Of a stretch of 64,000 nt of DNA, positions 1 to 6,312 are shown one piece after another. The stretch comes from a virus. Under the pieces are notes generated by a model that saw only the letters and a program-made list of their open reading frames with translations, had not been told where the DNA came from and ran no database searches. The position numbers were made by a program, and so were the translations under genes. The number at the start of each line of letters is the position of its first letter. The stretch's first letter is position 1. The stretch covers positions 1 to 64,000 of IMG/VR virus record IMGVR_UViG_3300017917_001172; one strand, given 5' to 3'.

Positions 1-14
1 CCTGCGCATCATGT

Positions 15-245
15 TCAACCTACCATCACTGCCTTGAGAAGTTCTTTCTTAAAGCCCGAAGCGATCAGCATCTCTTTCAGCATGCAGATCTTGCGAGCAG
101 CAACCTCGACGATCTGATCGTCTGACAGCATCACGCCATCGTCACCAACGCCCCAAATTGCGACAGCAAGATCTTCCATCGGGCATTCCATCTTGTCGCG
201 ATACTCCTGCAAGCTACGGTGCAGGGCCGGGTCAATGTTGCTCAT
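15..245 (-). CDS. hypothetical early protein
   Basis: ORF track 15..353; internal ATG (MSNIDP) directly follows the upstream stop. Confidence 0.6.
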   Translation of the reverse strand: MSNIDPALHRSLQEYRDKMECPMEDLAVAIWGVGDDGVMLSDDQIVEVAARKICMLKEMLIASGFKKELLKAVMVG

Positions 246-246
246 C

Positions 247-423
247 TTAGCCCACCATGTACTGTTCAAATTCGTTGCAGAACTGCGCTTCGAGATCATA
301 ATACTCATCAGTGAAACGCTTGGCCTTGCAATACTGCTCGAAGAGCGAATCAAACTGATCGAGCTGATCAGCAGGAACGTTGAACTTGTGTCCGTCGTTG
401 TCCTTGCGGTTAAACTTAGCCAT
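247..423 (-). CDS. hypothetical early protein
   Basis: ATG preceded by AGCAAGGAG RBS and a sigma70-type promoter. Confidence 0.7.
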   Translation of the reverse strand: MAKFNRKDNDGHKFNVPADQLDQFDSLFEQYCKAKRFTDEYYDLEAQFCNEFEQYMVG

Positions 424-448
424 TTCCAACTCCTTGCTCATTACGTAT

Positions 449-476
449 ATGATAGCACCGCTATCCAAAACGTCAA
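449..476 (-). promoter_or_regulatory. sigma70-type early promoter
   Basis: TTGACG-N16-TATCAT on minus strand; same architecture as six other copies. Confidence 0.75.
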
Positions 477-479
477 CCG

Positions 480-680
480 TTAAAAGTGACAGCTATCGTC
501 GAAGCTCGGATGAGCAGCAGCGTCCTTGGCAGTGCCTCGGGCGAACACTGCGACATCACCTTCCACGACTTCCTGTTGCGCACGAACGTCCCACTTGCGG
601 TGGATGAAATCTGGCTCGCCAAACACTCGGACGGCGCGGCGGAACTCGTCGCCCTTGAACCCTACGAAGTGAACAGCCAT
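480..680 (-). CDS. hypothetical early protein
   Basis: 66-aa ORF with AGAGCAAGGAG RBS. Confidence 0.75.
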   Translation of the reverse strand: MAVHFVGFKGDEFRRAVRVFGEPDFIHRKWDVRAQQEVVEGDVAVFARGTAKDAAAHPSFDDSCHF

Positions 681-705
681 ATCCCGCTCCTTGCTCTATA
701 CGTAT

Positions 706-733
706 ATAATAGCACCTCTATCCAGAGCGTCAA
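706..733 (-). promoter_or_regulatory. sigma70-type early promoter
   Basis: TTTCTGG-TTGACG-N16-TATTAT. Confidence 0.8.
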
Positions 734-742
734 CCAGAAAAA

Positions 743-790
743 AGCCCTGCAAGATCAACGACTTACAGGGCTAATGATTTCAATGACTTA
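743..790. repeat. two copies of TCAA(T/C)GACTTA motif (TAAGTCATTGA on minus strand)
   Basis: copies at 755-765 (inside AGCCCTG/CAGGGCT inverted repeat) and 780-790. Confidence 0.9.
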
Positions 791-1021
791 GCTGGGGTTA
801 TGCACCTTGAAGGACTTGATGCGATCGGCGCGCTTGGCGCTGTCATCAACCTCGCGGGCCCAGCTGTCAGGCGTATAACCAAGCTCATAGGCATGCTTGG
901 GCCGCAGAGCAGATTCGTCAAAGGGAGCCATGCCGAGGAACTTGAAACGCTCCTGCGCCTGCTCACACCAGGTCTTGAAGTTCACGGTCTTGCTGTTATA
1001 GACTACACGACGGTCGCTCAT
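788..1021 (-). CDS. hypothetical early protein
   Basis: internal ATG (MSDRRV) with AGGAG RBS. Confidence 0.65.
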   Translation of the reverse strand: MSDRRVVYNSKTVNFKTWCEQAQERFKFLGMAPFDESALRPKHAYELGYTPDSWAREVDDSAKRADRIKSFKVHNPS

Positions 1022-1023
1022 TC

Positions 1024-1245
1024 TCAGTCTCCTACATAAACAGGTTTGCCACGTTCGTTCTGGGCACGCCACTTGGCCTTGAGGCGGTGCTCCAGATAGG
1101 TCGTGAAGCTCTTGGGGGTGGGGTTCTTGCGAGTGAAATAGATCATCGCAAGTGACTCTTTGTGGTTGGCTCGGATCTGCTTCTCACGCTCAACTGGAAT
1201 GTCCAGCATCTTGAAAAGGGTGGCCTGCTTGGGGGAAAGCATCAC
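1024..1245 (-). CDS. hypothetical early protein
   Basis: ORF coupled to neighbours. Confidence 0.65.
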   Translation of the reverse strand: MMLSPKQATLFKMLDIPVEREKQIRANHKESLAMIYFTRKNPTPKSFTTYLEHRLKAKWRAQNERGKPVYVGD

Positions 1246-1433
1246 GCAACCTCCTGGATCTCAGTGCCGTAGGGCACACCAACAGCGGCAATCTCGGCTA
1301 CCAGCTCGCGCTTGGTCTTCCAGTTGAACTGCCAGTTACGATAGAACAGCTTGCCATCCTTGTAGAGATCAGCAGCCCACTTGTTATCCCAACCCTTGCG
1401 GATCACCGCGTAGTAGTTCTTGGAATAGCTCAT
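1242..1433 (-). CDS. hypothetical early protein
   Basis: ORF coupled to neighbours. Confidence 0.65.
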   Translation of the reverse strand: MSYSKNYYAVIRKGWDNKWAADLYKDGKLFYRNWQFNWKTKRELVAEIAAVGVPYGTEIQEVA

Positions 1434-1434
1434 C

Positions 1435-1746
1435 TTACATGCTCCAATAAGCTTCGCTGGACGGGCTGCAATAGTTGGGCGTATTCACGCTCTCATAGTA
1501 TTCCTTGCCCGACATGAGGTTGGTCTTCTTGACCATCTTCTCGATGTTCTTGCTGTAGTACCCAACTTCAGCAACCGCGAGATCCTTGGACTTGTAAACA
1601 ATCAGCTCGCCGTTGATCTTGCGGGGCTTCTTCAGCATGCGGGTGCGAGCAGCCTTAGCAGCGGCCTCAGTAGCAAAGGTCTCCTTGCCCCAACGCTTCT
1701 CAGTAACAATACGGGTGGACTCGGTGTTGTAAACTACATAAGCCAT
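1435..1746 (-). CDS. hypothetical early protein
   Basis: 103-aa ORF with AGCAAGGAG RBS. Confidence 0.75.
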   Translation of the reverse strand: MAYVVYNTESTRIVTEKRWGKETFATEAAAKAARTRMLKKPRKINGELIVYKSKDLAVAEVGYYSKNIEKMVKKTNLMSGKEYYESVNTPNYCSPSSEAYWSM

Positions 1747-1770
1747 CTGCTTGCTCCTTGCTATTGTTTC

Positions 1771-1798
1771 AGTATATACCCAAAACGTCCAGTGTCAA
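1771..1798 (-). promoter_or_regulatory. sigma70-type early promoter
   Basis: TTGACA-N16-TATACT. Confidence 0.75.
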
Positions 1799-2016
1799 TC
1801 GAAATAAGCAGTAATCGCGCGATCGTCACCGTAGCTGATGTTGAAGTAAACGCCCTCGCAGATATCGTCCTTCTTGGGCTCGTAGGTCGCCAGCATCTTC
1901 TCGAACCGCTTGAGACGCTTGGCAAAAATCGGGTCATCAGCAGTAACATACTGGCCCTTGCAGCCGCAGCGGCAAGCATTGTCCTTGCCAGTGTAGATCT
2001 TCGTAATGCGCTGCAT
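1795..2016 (-). CDS. hypothetical early protein (CxCxC motif)
   Basis: internal ATG (MQRITK) with AGAGCAAGGGAG RBS; CRCGC motif. Confidence 0.7.
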   Translation of the reverse strand: MQRITKIYTGKDNACRCGCKGQYVTADDPIFAKRLKRFEKMLATYEPKKDDICEGVYFNISYGDDRAITAYFD

Positions 2017-2042
2017 GTCTATCTCCCTTGCTCTATATCTAC

Positions 2043-2070
2043 ATAATAAGCCCAAACCCCTAGGGGTCAA
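2043..2070 (-). promoter_or_regulatory. sigma70-type early promoter
   Basis: TTTCTGG-TTGACC-N16-TATTAT. Confidence 0.8.
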
Positions 2071-2103
2071 CCAGAAAAATGCCAAAATCTTCCAAAAAGA
2101 TTA

Positions 2104-2186
2104 CCCTGCAAGATCAATGACTTAGCAGGGGTCTAAAAGGGGTTTAAGATCAATGACTTAGCAGGAGCTCAAATTTCAATGACTTA
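2104..2186. repeat. three copies of TCAATGACTTA motif
   Basis: copies at 2114-2124 (inside CCCTGC/GCAGGG inverted repeat), 2150-2160 and 2176-2186. Confidence 0.9.
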
Positions 2187-2567
2187 GCGGACGAGCACGT
2201 ACCTGCAGGTGCGCTTCCGTACTTTCACGTACTGGTTGCGATCTGGGTCGTACTGCCTCACCCACGTCTTGTTGCAGAGCTTGCGGTACAGGGGCTCAGC
2301 CTCGTAGGCGTAAACGGGCGGGGGAGGTGGAACGTAGATGGGAGCGGGCTCGACCCAGACTGGAGCAGGCTGCACATATACCGGGGGCGGAGCATATACA
2401 GGGGGAGGAGCGTATGCCGGGCCTGGACGAAGAATGTTATCGAGCACCACCCCGCCCAGCATGCCCCCTAAAAAATAGGCAGCGTCATCATTCGCTTGGC
2501 CGGGCACTGAACTGAAAGCAGCGAGACCAACGGCCATTGCTACGGTAGCGAGAATCTTCTTCATCAT
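2184..2567 (-). CDS. secreted proline-rich protein (PxPV-type repeats)
   Basis: signal peptide, GGMLGG glycine zipper, YAPPPVY repeats. Confidence 0.75.
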   Translation of the reverse strand: MMKKILATVAMAVGLAAFSSVPGQANDDAAYFLGGMLGGVVLDNILRPGPAYAPPPVYAPPPVYVQPAPVWVEPAPIYVPPPPPVYAYEAEPLYRKLCNKTWVRQYDPDRNQYVKVRKRTCRYVLVR

Positions 2568-2683
2568 GTACTCCTAGTTTCATATTTATTGCATAGGTTT
2601 TTCAGCCTGTCAACACATAAATAAAGTACCAGTCGCGATGCGCCAACATCCACTGGTTCTATACGCTAAAGGGAGCATACAGC

Positions 2684-3202
2684 ATGACCATATTTACAGA
2701 AAACAAGTACACTCGTTGGTATCATAGCATCATCTATCGAGCAATAGCAAGAACCACAATTGGATACTCCGAGACACACCATATCATTCCAAAAAGTCTA
2801 GGAGGATCAAACGGTCCAGAGAATCTTGTAACACTTACAGCCCGAGAGCATTTCATATGCCATTTACTGCTAACAAAGATGGTAGATGGTTCAGCAAGGC
2901 ACAAGATGTTATTTGCACTGTGGCGAATGGTTCACGGTAATTCAAACCAAAACAGACACAAGATTAATAGCCTGCAATATTCAAAAATCAAAGCAGCAAT
3001 GGCAGAATCAATTGCAGTTCAGAATAAAACACAGGTGCCCTGGAATAAAGGTAAAAAGACCGGGCAGGTTCCTTGGAACAAAGGTCGAACCAACGTTATG
3101 TCTGCTGAAGCACGGCAGAAGATCAGCGATTTTAGAAAGACATGGCGGAAGAAAAAGTTGGTGGGGATTGAGGGACTTGAACCCCCAACCCATCGATTAT
3201 GA
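2684..3202 (+). CDS. free-standing HNH homing endonuclease with NUMOD-type repeats
   Basis: ETHHIIPKSLGGSN..NLV.LT.REHF..H HNH motif; two VPWNKG repeats. Confidence 0.9.
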   Translation: MTIFTENKYTRWYHSIIYRAIARTTIGYSETHHIIPKSLGGSNGPENLVTLTAREHFICHLLLTKMVDGSARHKMLFALWRMVHGNSNQNRHKINSLQYSKIKAAMAESIAVQNKTQVPWNKGKKTGQVPWNKGRTNVMSAEARQKISDFRKTWRKKKLVGIEGLEPPTHRL

Positions 3203-3236
3203 GTCGATTGCTCTAACCTGATTGAGCTAAATCCCC
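3159..3236 (-). tRNA. tRNA-Ile2 (CAU anticodon, lysidine-modified type)
   Basis: cloverleaf: GGGGATT/AATCCCC acceptor stem, A73, encoded CCA, ATCGA-CTCATAA-TCGAT anticodon arm, TTCAAGT T-loop; anticodon arm resembles bacterial Ile2; lacks initiator features; adjacent tilS. Confidence 0.9.
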
Positions 3237-3264
3237 ATCTTCAACTTATACTTAACTATAGCAC

Positions 3265-3858
3265 CTAGCTGACAGCAGTCAACTTCTTCTTGATTGTTTT
3301 TTGGATGCCTGGGTTGACCCGAAGCACGTGATCCATCATCTCATGCCTGATGTAGTTGCGGGTATAACGGGTGTCATAGTTGCTCTCGTCCGTGTAGAAC
3401 GGAACGTTCTTGGTCGTGCACCAATCTAGCAGATCCTGCTTGGTGTTGAGCATGAATGGACGCAGGACCTTACCGCGGCAATATTGCGGCAGCTTGGGCT
3501 GACCATGCAAGCTGGACCAGATCCATGTCTCCACAGCATCGTCTAGGTGATGCGCAGTGACCACGGTTCCATCTAGGTAGTCGAAATACTTGTAGCGTTC
3601 ATCGCGCCAATATTCCTCAAGGCTTTCGTCCTTGCGGCGTTCTCTCATGACAGCACCGTCGACTAGCGGAATGTCGTTCAATGAACAATACTTCGTTAAG
3701 AACTCCAGAGCACGTAGGCTTGACTGAGTTCCATGATCAAAGAAAGCTGCCGTCACTTCATGATTGCGCCTCAAGAAGTCGAGTGCAGCCATGCTGTCTA
3801 CGCCGCCCGAACAGGCGACGTAGAGCTTTCGCGGCAACTTTCCAAGAAGCTTGATCAT
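3265..3858 (-). CDS. tilS: tRNA(Ile)-lysidine synthetase, catalytic domain only
   Basis: SGGVDS PP-loop, TAHHLDD.VET, RP, DESN...Y.RN.IRH motifs. Confidence 0.92.
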   Translation of the reverse strand: MIKLLGKLPRKLYVACSGGVDSMAALDFLRRNHEVTAAFFDHGTQSSLRALEFLTKYCSLNDIPLVDGAVMRERRKDESLEEYWRDERYKYFDYLDGTVVTAHHLDDAVETWIWSSLHGQPKLPQYCRGKVLRPFMLNTKQDLLDWCTTKNVPFYTDESNYDTRYTRNYIRHEMMDHVLRVNPGIQKTIKKKLTAVS

Positions 3859-4352
3859 TATTCCTTGGTGAGAGTCATGGTTGCTACACCAGCAGCAACG
3901 TTGAGACCAGTCTGCATGCCAACGCTGAGCGGCTGCAGGGCGATGCTATCCTTGAAACCACCAAGCATGGCATTGGCAGAGAGGCCAGCCACAGCAGTTG
4001 CTTCAGCACCAACGCCAGCGTAAGAACCGTTCAGGCTGTGTGGCTTGCTGTTACCTGGAGCAAGGACTGCCCAAACAAGGGTCTGGCCCTTGGTGACACC
4101 GATGTCAACACCGATGCGCATGAGCTGAGCAGAGTAAGCGATTTCCTCGCCGTTAAAGCCCTTGTAGTAGCAGTTGGCTTCGCGTGAGCTACCGATGACC
4201 CAGCCAATGTTCTTGTCAACTGCGCAGGTCAGCGTACCAACCTTAAGCCATGAAGAGCTCTTAGCAGAGTTTGCGTCAGCGGCTACCGCAGATCCTGCGA
4301 TACCAGCTGCTAGTGCGATGCCAGCCAAGCCAGCCATTAGATTCTTTACCAA
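3858..4352 (-). CDS. DUF992-family secreted protein
   Basis: signal peptide; VGTLTC..IG..IGSS...C, ALQPLSV..QTGLNVAAGV. Confidence 0.85.
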   Translation of the reverse strand: MVKNLMAGLAGIALAAGIAGSAVAADANSAKSSSWLKVGTLTCAVDKNIGWVIGSSREANCYYKGFNGEEIAYSAQLMRIGVDIGVTKGQTLVWAVLAPGNSKPHSLNGSYAGVGAEATAVAGLSANAMLGGFKDSIALQPLSVGMQTGLNVAAGVATMTLTKE

Positions 4353-4374
4353 TTTTTTCTCCTGTTACAAAATA

Positions 4375-4695
4375 GGTGGGGGAGATTCTGTTTCCAAGCT
4401 CTCCCCCGGGCTCATGTTAGGCCGCTAGGGCCAAACGAGGTGCAACGTTGTCGTTAGCACTTATTCATCGCGCTGTAAAGTCAGTCGCCTCACTGTAGAC
4501 TCCAGTGTCTCGTCTTCATACCGTCGAATCCTATGTCGCCCCCATCAAAAACACAACCCGCTTTGCCTATTTCAGCTTATCCAAGAAACGACCTAGCATG
4601 TTTGCAACCATGTGCTCTAGGCGGCTGTGCTTTTGGTGGAGGCGCCGAGAACTGCCCTCGGGTCCGATATGCGTCTAATCGCTATCAACGCCTAC
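4375..4695 (-). ncRNA. ssrA: two-piece (circularly permuted) tmRNA
   Basis: acceptor piece ending CCGAG-GGCAGTT-CTCGG-CGCCTCC-ACCA (CCA at 4634-4636) precedes a ~90-nt intervening segment and then GGGGGCG..GGATTCGAC (starts 4543); G3:U pair; tag ANDNVAPRLALAA* at 4458-4417; outer ends approximate. Confidence 0.95.
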
Positions 4696-4901
4696 GTCTT
4701 ATTTATATGCTCATCTTTAGGGGTTGTCAATATTCTGCCCCAATTAATGTTGGCCCACGCCCGTTCGTGGAAGTAATAGGCAATGGTTTGAATGATATTA
4801 ATGATAATTGCTGCTTCCAAGCCGACCCATAGGTAAGCAATAATTGTAGCAAGAATTCGCCAAGTGATAGCCTTCACGATTGATCTAGTCTTTGTGTCCA
4901 A
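4692..4901 (-). CDS. DUF2061-family small membrane protein
   Basis: RSIVKAITWR...YYFHERAW signature. Confidence 0.85.
   Translation of the reverse strand: MDTKTRSIVKAITWRILATIIAYLWVGLEAAIIINIIQTIAYYFHERAWANINWGRILTTPKDEHINKT
4700..4730 (-). promoter_or_regulatory. composite sigma70 / T4-late-type promoter for tmRNA
   Basis: TTGACA-N17-TATAAATA. Confidence 0.7.
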
Positions 4902-4912
4902 TTTCTATCCTA

Positions 4913-5113
4913 TCAATGTTTGCTTGATCTTTCTTGCCAAGCAGCTTCAAATCCATCCTCATGGAAGGCTGCTTCGTGATTGCCCCACAATCGTCGCATG
5001 TAGTTTTCCTGCATGCTCAGTATGTCTTGCTCGGTCCAACTGTCAGGGATCAAATGTCCCTTGACGATCCAGAATAGGCGGTTTGCTTCTTTGAGTTCTG
5101 AAAGGGTCATCAT
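4913..5113 (-). CDS. hypothetical protein
   Basis: ORF; TAAATA 5 nt upstream of ATG. Confidence 0.7.
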   Translation of the reverse strand: MMTLSELKEANRLFWIVKGHLIPDSWTEQDILSMQENYMRRLWGNHEAAFHEDGFEAAWQERSSKH

Positions 5114-5121
5114 GCGGTTAT

Positions 5122-5424
5122 TTATCCGTACATCAGTTGGTACATCATGATCGCTTGGTCGATCTCTTCCTTGCAGGCAGCATAGTCCTTGATCAGCTTC
5201 TTGTAATGGTCAGTCAGCTTGCGCTTCCTGCGGCAGGTGACCATCTCAACTGGGATCTGCCTAGCAAGCTTCTCCCAGTTCATCATGAGTCGATCGATCA
5301 TGACCCAGTCCCTGCGGCAATCAGCGGAGATCTCGTAATAGGGCACGTTTAGGATCGACATGTATCTCTTTCGATCCAGATAGTGATTCGACATGTCAAA
5401 GCCAACTTCGCCATATGTGATCAT
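5122..5424 (-). CDS. hypothetical protein
   Basis: ORF in operon. Confidence 0.6.
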   Translation of the reverse strand: MITYGEVGFDMSNHYLDRKRYMSILNVPYYEISADCRRDWVMIDRLMMNWEKLARQIPVEMVTCRRKRKLTDHYKKLIKDYAACKEEIDQAIMMYQLMYG

Positions 5425-5852
5425 GGAACAACCCGCACGATGGTGTTTTCTTGTCCAAAGTATTTCACGATGTCAAACAAGTTCTTGGCATATTCTGGAT
5501 GGAGCCTAACGCAACCGTGGCTGGCAGGGCGGCCCAAACGCTTTAGGTCATAGGTCGCATGTATGGCATATCCGCCATGGAAGAAGATGCTGTGGGGCAT
5601 GGGAGCATCGTCGTACTTCCTGCTGTACCACATCTCTTCCATGCGCTTTACAGTGTATTCACCTGTGGGAGTATTGTATCCTGCCCGTCCCGTAGAAACG
5701 GGCCAAAGTGCATTACCGATAGGTGTCTGCACGTACATCTCCTGTTCCGAGATGTCCACGGTGATGTCAACGTAGGCTTGTTCCTGGGCTTGCGCAAAGC
5801 CCGCCGAGAGCATGAGAAATGCAGCGGCTAACCAACTGAACTTGCGACGCAT
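5421..5852 (-). CDS. L,D-transpeptidase (YkuD family), exported
   Basis: signal peptide; WPVSTG..TPTG, MPHSIFF.GGYAIH, ASHGCVRL catalytic motif. Confidence 0.92.
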   Translation of the reverse strand: MRRKFSWLAAAFLMLSAGFAQAQEQAYVDITVDISEQEMYVQTPIGNALWPVSTGRAGYNTPTGEYTVKRMEEMWYSRKYDDAPMPHSIFFHGGYAIHATYDLKRLGRPASHGCVRLHPEYAKNLFDIVKYFGQENTIVRVVP

Positions 5853-5909
5853 TTGTGGCTCCAAAAAGTCAATGATGCCTAACAATAGCACCAACAAGGT
5901 CTCCGTCAA

Positions 5910-6299
5910 TCAATAACTTGGATCGATGTCCTTGAGACCCTTGCGATTCAATCTAGTATTGTTACCAACGAAAGCTATGCATCCAGCGGTCATGTCCATG
6001 TCCCATTGCGTGATCACCATCTTGCTGTTATCTCTGCTGAAATGATAGATGATAGCAGTGTCTGGAGTGACAGGATTGGCACCGATCATGACATCAGTCA
6101 TCTTCCATTCCTTGAGGATCGCTCGGATGCTGTCTGCATCACCGCACAGCATAGGAACCTGTACCTTCAACGCAGCCACGCCTTTCTCAGGCGCTTGCTC
6201 TTGCTTGGGCTGCTCCTTGGAAGGTTCTGTTGGAGTTTGAGCCAATGATGGGATCACCATTGACACCGCAAGCACTGCACTAATGATGATCCTCTTCAT
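5910..6299 (-). CDS. hypothetical exported protein
   Basis: N-terminal signal peptide. Confidence 0.7.
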   Translation of the reverse strand: MKRIIISAVLAVSMVIPSLAQTPTEPSKEQPKQEQAPEKGVAALKVQVPMLCGDADSIRAILKEWKMTDVMIGANPVTPDTAIIYHFSRDNSKMVITQWDMDMTAGCIAFVGNNTRLNRKGLKDIDPSY

Positions 6300-6312
6300 T
6301 GGTCATCTCCTC

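Noticed and set aside
2104-2186. Possible mini CRISPR array from AAGATCAATGACTTAGC repeats
   Set aside because: Repeats are only 11-20 nt, spacers are short and irregular, and no cas genes are present
3159-3236. tRNA-Met or fMet call for the CAU tRNA
   Set aside because: No C1:A72 mismatch or GGG/CCC anticodon stem; Ile2-like arm and adjacent tilS favour Ile2 (elongator Met not formally excluded)
4533-4832. Plus-strand 99-aa ORF
   Set aside because: Antisense to the tmRNA and DUF2061; no recognisable motifs
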